Shown: piece by piece, positions 24,283 to 37,100 of the stretch
Layout of the letters: the number at the start of each line of letters is the position of its first letter
Position numbering within the stretch: position 1 is the first letter of the stretch
Assembly: GCF_038025025.1 (NCBI RefSeq)
Contig: NW_027117342.1
Location: 2,294,001-2,358,000, forward strand
Reading direction: 5' to 3'
Origin: Phyllosticta citribraziliensis
Taxonomy: Eukaryota
Length of the DNA stretch: 64,000 nucleotides
Notes under the pieces: generated by a model
The model's database searches: none
Told to the model about the DNA's origin: nothing
What the model saw: the letters and a program-made list of their open reading frames with translations, nothing else
Position numbers and translations under genes: made by a program

Positions 24283-27200
24283 TATAACGCCTAGTAGAGC
24301 AAATTTAATATAGACTACTAATAATTAATAAGTAAGGAGTAAGAGTAGTTATTATATAGCCTATATAGAACACCTATCTATATCTTAATTAGCTATAAAT
24401 AGCTAGTATATATATAAGCAGCAAATACTAAGTACTAAATATTATAAAATATAAACTATATATACTAAGTAGTATATAATACTTACCCCTTCCTCCCCCC
24501 CCCCCCCCCCTTCCCTCCCCTCCCTCCTAGTAAGTAATATCCTTATTACTTAGTTATAGGTCTAACTAGCTAGTAGGTATAGGTCTAGGTACTATTTATA
24601 ATAGTATAAGATAATATTATATATACTATTAAACTTACTATTATTAGTATTATAGAATACCTAGTCTAGTAGATAGTTAGTCTAGTTTACTATAAACTAG
24701 AGCCTCCTATTAGCTAATATCTAGTAGCTTATAATCTCCTCTACCTCCTAATTAGTATCCTTATTCTTATTATTATTATCTTATAAGGCTAGACTAGTAG
24801 CTAGTTATTATCTAGGTAATAGATTATTACTAGTAATAATAAGATATAAGATATTGAATTTATTATAGGTATATAAACTAGTAGGTAGTTATAGTATAGC
24901 CTAGTTACTATAGATATTAGTAACTTAATATAGTCTATTAGTATAGAAATTAAGTATAGTGGGATAGCTATAGAGTATATATATATAATCTATATAGATA
25001 TATATATATTTACCTAGTTTAATAAGGTAATCCTAATACTAGTAATTAGCTTAGATAGCTATTTATTATTATATAACTATAAGACTATACTTAGTCTTAT
25101 CCTATACCTATTATATAGTATAAGTAATAGCTTATATAGTTTATAGTTATATAGAGTAGATACTATAAATAGCTACTTTAGTATTAAAACTAAATTATAG
25201 CTTATAGCTATAATAAATATAAAAAGGAGAGTAGCTATTAAGGCTCTTATATAGTATACTATTAGCTATAAACTAGGTAATAGATAGTAGTAGTTACTAA
25301 TTATTCTAATAGAACCTAATAAACTATCTTAAATAGTTCTTAAGATCCTAATTAGCTTATTTAGTCTAGCTATTAGTTTATAGATAATAGCTAGTAGATA
25401 GCTTTAAACTAATATTAATAATATAAGTAAGGCCTTCCTATAGGTAAGAGATAAACTAGTTACTATAGTCTAAGATAACTAAGAGAGGGAAACTATATAT
25501 AGTAAAGATATAGTCTATAAGTATATAAGCTATAGCTTTAGCTATAGTTCTATTATTTATAGTATTTATAGTAATAAAGTAATATACTTTACTAAAATAA
25601 TTATAAATAACTAGGATAGTATCTATACCCTTACTATAAAATAGTAGGCTAATAAAGTCTATAGTAATATACTACTATAGCTATAATAGAACTAGTAGTA
25701 GCTAAAGATAGCCTAAAATAGCTAGATAAGCTTTATAAATATAGATATAGCTTAGATAGTTATCTATAACTTAGAATATAAGTAAGATAAGATATAGAAA
25801 CTAAAATTATAGAGCTAGGAGGTTATATAGCTAAGTTTAGCTAGAGTAGCTAGTTAGTAGCTATTTATAGATATAATAGATAAGGAGAGGCCTAAGTTTA
25901 GCTAGAATAATAAGATAGCTATCTATAAAGATATTCTAATACCTATTAATAGTAAATAGTAAGTCTAGTTTACTAGTATAATATCTCTAGTTATTTATTT
26001 TAGTATTATTAGTAATATTAGTAGTAAGATAGGGTAATAAAGTAGTAAAATCTAGATATATAAAACTATCTAAAGGTAAGGTGGTCCTATTAGAACTAGA
26101 TAAGTTAGTAATAATTATTATACACTATAGTATATATAGTTTATATTTTATAGTATTTAGTACTTAGTATATACTACTTATATATATACTAGCTATTTTT
26201 AGCTAGCTAGAGAGTAGATAGTTATTTTATATAGGCTATATAATAACTACTCTTACTCCTTACCTATTAATTATTAGTAGTCTATACTCTACTAGGTACT
26301 ATAATACTATTAATAGGTCTCTTACTACTTATAAGAGGATAAGACTTATTATCTATCCCTTACTAATAAGCTTTCTTACTTTAATTATACCCTATAAGAT
26401 ATTAGGATAAAATACTATAGATTTAGATATACTAGAAGTACTAGGTATTATTATTTTATAGTCTATAGCCTTAAGTAAGGTATATAAGTAAGATTCTAGA
26501 CTAAGATAGTCCTATTAGTAATAGATATATAATATCTTATTATATTATATAGTCTATAACCTATATAATAGCTAAGAGTAGCTAGTCTACTAATAGTATA
26601 GTACTATTAGCTACTCCTTAATCTATACTAATAGCTAGCTAGTAGTTATCTACTACTAGCCTATTATCTAGCTAACCTATTACCCCCTAGGATTATAATA
26701 ATAATAAATTACCTACTAGTACTATAGTACTAATAACCTAATAGCTCTAGGAGTAGGTCCTAGGGCTTATATAGGTAATTTATAATAGGGGTAAGATACT
26801 AGGCTATAAGGTCTAATACTAATTTACTAATCCTAAGTACTAGTCTAGTAATAGCTTACCTAAGGACTACTATATATAATATAGTAGTATTAAGAATAAG
26901 CTATTATTTAATAGTAGCTAGTATTAGGATAATATAGCTAAGGCTATATATATTTACTCTTACCTAGCTAGTAAGGCTACTTTAGCTACTATTACTATTA
27001 ATATTAATAATAATAATAATAATAAGGATAATAATAATAAACCTACTACTATCTAGACCCTACTAGATAGCTTATATAATATTATAGACTAATGAAGGTA
27101 TATTATTATCTAGCTTACTAGTATAGACTTAGTCTTAGATACTAGGGTAGTCTTTAAGATATTATTATAGATATTCTATATATTAGCTTACTAAGCTAGC

Positions 27201-27801
27201 TAGGATAACTATATAGCTAAAAATTAGCTAATCTATAAGTTCTATAAGCTATTCTATAATATTACTATTACTAATATTATAGCTAGCTATAGTAAGCTAT
27301 TATAGGTCTTAGACTAGGCTACTAATATTAGCTAAGCTAAATTATTATCTACTTTATAGCCTTACTAGCTATTATTAGGGTACTATTTATACCTTAGCTA
27401 TACTAGCTAGGTCCTCTTATTAGATAACCCCTACTATTAGAACTATTACTAGTACTAAATAAGAGTAAATTACTATACTAGATAATTATAATTATTAGTA
27501 TTATAGTAGCTTAGGCTACTAGATAAAGGACTACCTATATATTAACCTCCTAGAGTAGTATATAATTTATACCTATACTACTATTAGTATAGAGGAGGTT
27601 TAGAAGGACTTTATAAATATAGTTAAGGATTATAGGATTATTATTATAGATATTAGTATAGGTAATATTATAGACCTAGATAAGATATTAGGAAATAAGT
27701 AGCCTCCTATAAAAATATAATAGGAGGTACTACCTATAAGATAGCTATTAGTTATTTAATATAATTATAGATACTATATTAGTTATTTATAACTATTTTA
27801 G
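24283..27801 (-). mobile_element. Chromovirus-type Gypsy fragment (family E): partial RNase H, integrase, chromodomain, polypurine tract and ~200-bp 3' LTR
   Basis: De-RIP minus strand gives the integrase motif ERANQDLKNYLR...QNDW..LP.AQFAANS (~25.25-25.4 kb) and chromodomain WEVEEI...LQF.VNW..YPPD (~24.65-24.75 kb). A long C-tract at 24486-24527 is the PPT on minus. The putative LTR spans ~24283-24481. Confidence 0.8.
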
Positions 27802-28997
27802 TATGGGGGGGACTAGCTACTTACTAATATACTTACTTAGCTAGCTAAAATGCTAGTACTAGTATGGGCGGGACTAGCTACTTACTAATATACTTACTTA
27901 GCCGGCCAAGATGCCAGCACTAGAAGAGGTATAAGAGATAGCAACTAGTAGTAAATGAGCAGGCTCTATAGGATAGGAATAAAATAACTACTAAACTAAC
28001 TAAAATAAGCTACTATCTGGCTATTACTTCATTATCTAAGCAGTATAAGACTTAGGTGTAAATAATAAGTATAAATAAATAAATAACTAAGTATTTAGTA
28101 GATAATAGTTTAACCTAGTATAAAAGACTTTATTTATATAAGTAGTGCCTCTTAATAAGCAGCTATAAAAGGGGGTATATAACTAGCTAATCTACTACTA
28201 AAAATACTAATAATATAAAGCCTCCTATTACTACTAAAGATGCTAGGTTTACTTATACTTTTATTAGCTATTATTATTACTACTAACCTATATAGAACTA
28301 TATCTTCCTAGTATTCTAGAGCTACCTATAGTCTTATTTTCCTACTAGCCTAATCTCCTACTCATATCTAAGCTAAAACCGCAACTAAGAATAAGAATGA
28401 TAACTACTAAAAGTAACCCTTAAAAGCTGCGAAAACCGTGCCGGCCAGTAGTACTATACTAGAAGAGGTATAAGAGATAGTAACTAGAGGTAAATAAGTA
28501 GGCTTTATAGGATAGGAATAAAATAACTACTAAACTAACTAAAATAAGCTACTACCTAGCTATTACTTTATTATCTAAGCAGTATAAGACTTAGGTATAA
28601 ATAATAGGTATAAATAAATAAATAACTAAGTATTTAGTAGATAATTATTTAACTAAGTATAAAAGACTTTATTTATATAAGTAGTACCTCTTAATAAGCA
28701 GCTATAAAAGGGGGTATATAACTAGCTAATCTACTACTAAAAATACTAATAATATAAAACCTCCTATTACTACTAAAGATGCTAAGTTTACTTATACTTT
28801 TATTAGCTATTATTATTACTACTAAACTATATAGAACTGTATCTTCCTAGTATTCTAGAGCTACCTATAGTCTTATTTTCTTACTAGCCTAATCTTCTAC
28901 TTATATCTAAGCTAAAACTACAGCTAAGAATAAGAATAATAATTGCTAAAAGTAACCCTTAAAAGCTATAAAAACCGTGCCAGCTAGTAGTACTATA
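27802..28997 (-). mobile_element. Family A solo LTR (outer), interrupted by a second family A solo LTR
   Basis: 27802-27862 plus 28463-28997 reconstitute the reverse complement of the 595-bp LTR at 40703-41297. Flanks are TTAG and CTAG. Confidence 0.9.
27863..28458 (-). mobile_element. Family A solo LTR (inner, 596 bp) with CTAG target-site duplication
   Basis: A complete LTR copy is flanked by CTAG at 27859-27862 and 28459-28462. It retains more C/G (gccggccaagatgccagcac) than the outer copy. Confidence 0.92.
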
Positions 28998-29001
28998 CTA
29001 G

Positions 29002-30788
29002 GAAGCTAGAATACTAAGTACTAGTATATATAATTACTAGATTTAAATTATAGCTATTTAGATAGTACTTCCTTATTAAAATAGACTATTATATCCTATA
29101 AGATTACTTAAATAGTAGGACTAAATCTATAATAGGTAGAGTCCTTAAGTAGTAGCTTAGCTAGCTATCTATATAGGATTTTAAGATACTATATATTACT
29201 AGAATAAAGAATAGGGTAGTAGATATACTATTAAAAAGGCTAAACTTTAAGGAGTTAAGTAAGGAAGACCTATAGAGATAGGTAGAGAAGATAGAAGATT
29301 AAATTAATAAGTTCTTATTATCCCTATAATTAAGTATATATATAGTTAGTTCTATAGACCTCCTACTAACTATCCCCTATACTAGGGGAGAGTTAATATT
29401 AGCTAATTAAATACTAGAGCTAGGCCCCTCTAGTCTATTAAGAGAGGTTATTCTATATAGAGTACTATATAAGAAGTACTCCTAAGAATTAGAGGACCTA
29501 GCTAAGTTTATTACCTATAGCCTATTTCTATCTAAAGTTAAGTAATTAGAGGCCTAGAAATAGTAATAGAAGGCCTATAGGTACTAGGTCTATAACTAGT
29601 ACTTATTTTAGTAATTATTAAAGAATATACTACTAAAATAAGTAGTAGATAATCCTACTACTTAAAAATAAATAGTATAATAACTATACTATAAATTTAG
29701 CTATTATACTAAGGAAGGAATATTTAGGAAAGTCTTAAATTAGTACTTTTAAGAAGGGCTATAGACTAAGTATAAGTAAGAATACTAAGATTATTAGACC
29801 TACTTATTTTATAGTTTATTATATAATAAGGAGGCCCTCTACCTATCCCTTAAGATACTAATCCTAGGTAATAAGTAGTATATAGATATTATCTATATAC
29901 CTAAGGGTTTCTATATTAATATATAAGAAGTAGTTTTTAGCTAGGTTAAAGAATAGATCCTATACTCTTTAAAAGCTACTCTAGTAGCTAACTTCTTATA
30001 TAAAGAGCTAATTTATTACTATAGTATATTTTAATATCTTATTATAGATAGAGGTAGTAAGAACCTAAGCTTTACTAAACTTATTATAGAGCTATATTAT
30101 ATATCTAAGATTAATATTTTAGTATACTACCTAGAGTTAAATAGTATAATTAAGAGAGGGTATAGGTAAATTAATAATATACTAGCTAAGCTATCTACTA
30201 GAGGTACTAAGCTCTAGAGACTATACTTTTATAGTATTCTATAGGTTAATAGGACTATAATTTATAGAATAACTAGAATAACTCCTATAGAGGTCTTATA
30301 TAGGAGAGACTATATACTCCCTATTAAAATAGAGATACCTATATAGTAGCTTATATTATAGTAAGATATAAAGAGTACTAGAGACCTACTAGCCTTATAA
30401 GTAAAGTAAATTAACTTATATAATAAGAAGCTCTAGGAGATTATACTATAAGTATATTACTTATAGGAATAGAATAAAGAATAGTTTAATAGCTACTATC
30501 TATAAGTTAGAGAAGTAATAGATAAGGGGTTTAATAAGAGAGATTAGGTACTACTCTATTATACTAAGCTTAAGGATAAGTATAATATAAAGCTTTACTT
30601 CTTTTAGAAAGGATTATTTAAAATCTATAAGGCTAATAGGGAAACTAGTACTTACTAGCTTAAAGAACTTAGTAAGAAAAGGTAGTAAATCTAGTTATAG
30701 GAGATAGGCTTAAGAAGTTTACTAGTAGGGATAAGGACCTAGTTAAAATAGTCTATTAGTAGGTTAACCTACTACTAAGAACTAGTAG
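29002..30788 (+). mobile_element. Family A internal fragment: RNase H C-terminus + integrase
   Basis: 29002-29539 aligns with ~47319-47859. Downstream de-RIP reads HVDIVHMP...LIVDGGSEN...SAYHPESNGMIERGH (DDE core). Confidence 0.85.
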
Positions 30789-33700
30789 TATTATAGTCTA
30801 TAGATAGTTAGAGATGCCTTAGGTAAGTAAGGTAGGTACTAGCTAGTAGGCTTAGTAGTATAAGTAAGTAGATAGAATAAGTAGGGCCCTAGGGCTAAGA
30901 TAGAAATAATAATAATATAATCCTTACTTAAGAAAAGATATCCTAACTAAACTTATAATATTTTCTAGTAGTTAAAAGTACTATAGTACTTCCTTTTACT
31001 ATAGTATCCCCTCTATATCTAGGACCTTTATTACTACTAATATATAAATACTATAAGTCTACTTCTACTAAAACCTAGAAAGATCCCCTTAAAATAGCTA
31101 ATAATATACTTCTATATAATACCTAGTAAGGATCTCCCTTCTTATATAACCTAGTACTAGTATTATTATAGTAGGACCTTTACTTCTATTATACTTACCC
31201 CTTCCTTTAATACTTAATACTAGTATAAGGAACTATCTATAATATAGTCCCTAAATAATAAGTTTACTATATTAATTTTAGAAGAGGATATATTATCTAT
31301 TTAATAATTTAAGGCCTTCCTCTATTATAGTAAATATAAATAATAGCTTAAATAGATTACTCTAATAATAAAGACTTATATTAACCTTATTATAGAAATA
31401 TTTAAGTCTTTAAATAATATAGGAGTATCTACTTAATAAACTATAACCTCTTAAAGGTATCTAGATTATCTAGTATACTAGGACTCTATAGGAGGTATAA
31501 ACTAGGCTACTTTCTAATAAGCCTTAGAATAAATTAATACTACCTATACTAAACTATTCCTAGAGAATTACCTAGTAGTTATAGAATAGGAATATATAGA
31601 AGAGGCTTTAGCTAAGGGTATAAGAACTATAATACTAAGTATATTAACCTCTATTAATATAATAGGTTTACTATTAAACCTAGTCCTAATTATACTATAT
31701 AAGGAGGTAGGCTAATATAATATAAGTATAGGATTAAGAGTATCCTAGTTCTTATATAATCTATTCTAGTATCTTTCTCTAACTATACTAGAATATCCTA
31801 TTATACTAAAGATATTAGCCCTAGATATAGTCCTTAAAGTACCTCTCTAGTTATAAGCTAAGATAATACTCTAGTTATCTTTAGGACCTACTATAATTAT
31901 CCTAGAAGTTATACTAGAATTAATCTAGAAACTATTAAAATCTACTCCTCTTACTAGTAGCTATACTATATCTAAATAGAAAAAGGGCTAATTAATTACC
32001 TATTTAGTAAATTTCCCCTCTTCTTAGGTATAAATACCTATTACCTTACTTTATAGATAACTTTAATTAAAATCTTTATACTATATATTAATTTATCTAT
32101 AACCTATACTATTTATAGAGCCTTAATAACCTATTTTATTAGTACCTATACTAACTTAAGGATACTTATCTTCTTTATATTACTCTACTTCTATATATAC
32201 CTATTAATAACTCTAGTTATAGATATATATAACTATAAGGCTATACTAGCCCTAAGATAAATAGGTAATACCTCTTTAAACTTCCTAACTAAAACCTTTT
32301 AAAGGAAAGTAGCTAGTTACCTATATTAATAGCCTACCTATAGATAATAAACTAGAATATAATCTATAAAATCCCTATTCTTTTATAGATAATAATTTTA
32401 AAGATTAATAGGTTCTACTAAACTTTAGTAAAGGTACTAGCTATACTTATAAAGGCTAGTTTAGATAACCTTTCTTCCTATCTAGCTATAGGCCTCCTTA
32501 TAGCTATTCTTACTAACCCTTTAATTAACTATCTAATATCTTTTAGAATAGTATAGGCCTAGATTTTATTTAGATCTCTAGCTAATATCTATATAATAGT
32601 CTTCCTTTCTCTAACTAATAGTTACTAGGAAACTAGAATCCTCCCCTAAGATATATATACTATAACTAGCTACCCCTATATAATATAATATTACTATATA
32701 TATATAACTAGTATAGTACTATAGACTAGATTAAGGAGATCTAATAGCCTATTATAACTTTAGAATCTTTAGGAGTAAAGCTAGATAAGCTTTAAAATAT
32801 ATTCTTTAAATAATAGAAAGTATAAATAGTAAATCTTACTATAATAAATAAGGGGGTTAATAAGTAACTTAAGAAGCTTAATATATACCTATCTATACTT
32901 AAGATAAGTATACTCTAAGATAGAGGTAAGGTATTATTAAGATTATTATAGCTATAAGAAGAGGACTATTTCTCTAATAAAAATTAGAGATAGAGATACT
33001 AGAAAAGGTATACCTAGTATAAGATAAAGAAGCTACTCCTATTAAACTTCTCTCCTTTTAAGAATAGGGATAAAGAGGATAAATAATCTACTATCTTTTA
33101 ATTTATTCCTTTATAAGATATAAGAGATAATAAGGAGTATAATTAAATCTTAGCCTTAGAATTATATATAAGGAGGATAACCCTATACTTCTATTTAAAT
33201 AATATTAGTTACTTTAACCCTAATCTACTAAAAGATAATATTAGCTATAGAGGTAGTATAACTAAATAAGAGAAAATCTTATACTATACTATAGAGTAGT
33301 TTATTAATAGTATCTTAATAACTTATACTACTTATAGAGTAGATCTAATCTATACTAACCTATAGAAGTACCTAAAAGGATTATTAAATATATAGTATAC
33401 CTCCTAACTTATAGAGGAAGACTAAGCTTTTATATATACTAGATATAGTATTAATAATTAGACTTTACTACTATATAAAGACTTTAGTATAATATAATAT
33501 AAGGCTATTAAAGTATTAAATAGAGTATACTTTAGGCTCCTAGAGATCTATACTAAAAGTATAAGGAACTTTATTATTACCTATATATATCTAGGATAAA
33601 TTACTAGTTTCTTTACTATATATAATTAGTTAGCTAATATCTATATATATATTAACCCTTACTTCTAGTAGTAGATCCCTAAACCTATAGTAAATACTAT

Positions 33701-34007
33701 AGTCTAAGTATTTATTAAGAATATTAAGAGTTACTAGTAGACTTAGAAATACCTATTCTAATATTTTAATATAACTACTATTAGTAAGGTATTCTTCCCT
33801 AAGGGCTAGAATTAGGGATATACTTTAATATAGACTACTAGCTAGCCTTTTAATTAATCTAATAGAGTATACTTAGTATCCTAGTATAATATAAGTACTA
33901 GGGGACTAAGTAATATAAAATAGGTAATCTACTTTAAGTAGGGTATACTCCCTACTCCTAACCTAAAAGGGTCTAGTTCTAGGTCCTACTTAAAGCCTAA
34001 GGATTAT

Positions 34008-34103
34008 TATAACTATAACTATAACTATAACTATAACTATAACTATAACTATAACTATAACTATAACTATAACTATAACTATAACTATAACTATAACTAT
34101 AAC
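34008..34103. repeat. (TATAAC)16 hexanucleotide microsatellite inside family C gag
   Basis: 16 perfect units are seen directly. Confidence 0.95.
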
Positions 34104-37100
34104 TATAAACTAACTATATATATATATAATACTATACCTAGGATAGTTCTAAAGGTAAGTATAAAGATACTAATAAGGGAAGTAAAGATACTAAAAGTAA
34201 TAAGAATACTAGTATAGAGACCCCTATAACTAATAAGGAGAAACTATAGTTAAATAATAGTAAGCCTATAATTATAATAGGAGCTAACTACTACTCCTAG
34301 TATAGATATATACTTATCTAGGATAATACTTTTAACTATACTCCTAGTAATAATATAATAGTACTTAATCCCTAAAAAGTATATAATAGCTACTAGATAA
34401 GCTTTCCTTTTAAATATAAATTATACTAGTACCTAAGGGATACTAGTTTTAAATATAGTTTAAACTAAGTAAGTATTAAGCTACTTAAGAACTTAGGACC
34501 TAAATAAAGTACTATCTAGTTAGTAGGTAACTAGTATCTAAAAGCTATTAGAATAATAGAACTAAATAATATATTATCCCTTTTTAGTATATCCCTACTC
34601 TAGTAGTTATAGCTCTTTAGTAGGTATTAATCTTTTCTCTTAGCCTTATAGTATAGGTAATATAGTACTATAAGTAAGGTACTCCTATACTTAATTAGGG
34701 ATACTATTACTAAATAGTCTACTTTACTATTTTAGGGTTTAATATAGTTAATAGTAAATATAGGAAGATAAAAGATAAGGCTATAATTAATATAGAATTA
34801 AAAGTACTAATCTTAAAATTATTTATAGCCTTTATAGGACTTAGTATAGGAGATAACCTATCTCTATTTCCTAAATATTAATTAATAGAGATTAGTTTTA
34901 GGCTAACCCCTATAGAAATAATAGATATTAGGTACCTTAATATAGGTACCTTATCCTTAATAGTAAATAGAATATTTTTAAAGGAAAAGCTCCCTAATAT
35001 TAAGGTAATAATATTTAAGAAACCTATAATTATTATTAAAGTAGAATATAAGATAGAATATACTAATTATATAATACTTCCCCTTTACTTATTTAGATAA
35101 ATTAAGATAGGATAGGCTCTTAGCTTTCTTCCCTACTATATTTAGATAATTAATAAGTTAAATATCCCTCTATTTATAGGAAATAACCTCCTATATCCTA
35201 AAGAGGTAATTATTAATATTAGTTAGAATTAAGTAGTATAGCTATATATAGGGCCTAAGGAATTAAATACTAGTATAATAACTAAGCTATTTTCTACTTC
35301 TATCTATTAATATATATATACTATAAAGAATATAATAATACCCCTATAGTCCTAGATAAAGCTACTTATTAAAATCCTAGGACTAGACCTCCTTTACTAA
35401 GTATATAAGTTCTATCCTAATAAAACTATATATCCTATACCTTTCCTATAAAAGAGAGGTACCCTTTATACTATAGTTACTAGTATAGATATAAACTAGA
35501 TTATTACTAGAAATAACTTAGATTAGTCTCTTATAATCTCTTAGAATATATAGCTAGGTAGTATTATTATAGTAGAATTTAATAGGGTATACTATCTTAT
35601 AGATATAAAATATAGCCTAGCTAGTTTAAATTCTACTATCTCTATTATAGAGGAGGCTAAGCTTAATAATAGTATTACTATATTTAAAACCCCTAAGGTC
35701 TAATTACTATACTAGAAACTAGTAGATTAGTTTTAAGACCTCTTTTATAATTAAAAGGGATTTATTAAAGTTTCTAAAAAGAATTAGATAAAAATATTAT
35801 TAGTTCTAGGCTAGTATAAATATTTTAAATATTAAAGACTATATCCTATATCCTAAAGGGACTATAAATTCTAAGATACTATACTTAACCCTATATATAA
35901 ATAAAGAAAGGTAGAATAGATATATAGAGATACTTATCTTAGCTTCTCTATATTTATAGTATAGAAGCTAGTCCCTAGAGAAAATAGGACCCTAAAGTAG
36001 AAAGGATAAGTAGTTATAGATATATAAGCCCTTAATACTATTAGTAAAAAGGACTTATAGCTACTCCCCTTAATTATTAATATTATCTCTAATATCTAGG
36101 GCTACCTTTATATCTTAGTAGTAGATATTATCTCTTTCTTCTATTAGTAGTAGATCTATTCTAATAACTAATATAAGCTAATTATACTTATCTACTAGAG
36201 TACTAAATAGTTAAATATAGCCCTAATAGGATACTATAACTTTATATAATATATATAATAGTAGTATAATACTCTTCTTTAGAACTACTATATATTTATA
36301 TAAATATATATTAATAATATTACTATTTTCTCTAAAATATTAGAAGAATACCTAGATTACCTTAAAAAAGTATTTACTATCCTTAATAGTATAAATATAA
36401 GCCTAAGTACTAAGAAGTCTTAGTTAGGGTACCTATCTATTATACTATTAGAATAGTAGGTATCTAGGTTTAGTATTATAATATTAGAAGCTAAGATTTA
36501 AGCTTTAAAAGACCTTAAATTTCTAAGGACCCTTTAAGAACTAGAAACCTTTATAGGGCTTATTAAATAGCTATAGGATAACTATCCCTATTATATATAA
36601 CTAGTAGAACTATTAGAAGCTATAAAGATTATACTATTATAAAGTACTTTTAAGGATAAGTAAGTATATTACTAATATATAGTAGTATAGGTATTACTAG
36701 ACTCCCTAGTATTAGTAGTATTATTTAAGGCTATATAGATAACCCTTTATAAAATATAATAGTATTTTTACTATATACCTAAGAGACCCCTCTTTATAGA
36801 TATAGATACTAATAAGGAGTTAGGTTCTAGTATAATAGTCTATTATATAAAAGATAATTCTAAACTAGTTATAGAAGACTAGACTCCTATTATAAATATA
36901 GAGAATATAGAGGGTAAAAACTATACTATAAATTAGCTTAAAAAGGCTAAGAACTTTCTAAAGTAGTTTATTAAGTTAATAGCCTTCTTATCCTAGTATC
37001 TTTTAAGAGCTAAGATAAGATACTAGACTATTAAGTTTAAGATAATAGGAGTTATTTAAGTAGTTAAGAAATTATAAATACTTATATAGGCCTCTAAGGA

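Noticed and set aside
27802..29001. Helitron interpretation of the ~600-bp repeat, because copies appear to end in CTAG
   Set aside because: CTAG lies outside the repeat and on both sides as a TSD. The copies at 41297 and 49319 lack it on their inner ends, and the pair flanks gag-pol as direct LTRs.
34008..34103. CRISPR array or telomere tract
   Set aside because: There are no spacers, the context is eukaryotic, and the unit TATAAC is not TTAGGG/CCCTAA; it lies inside a retroelement.
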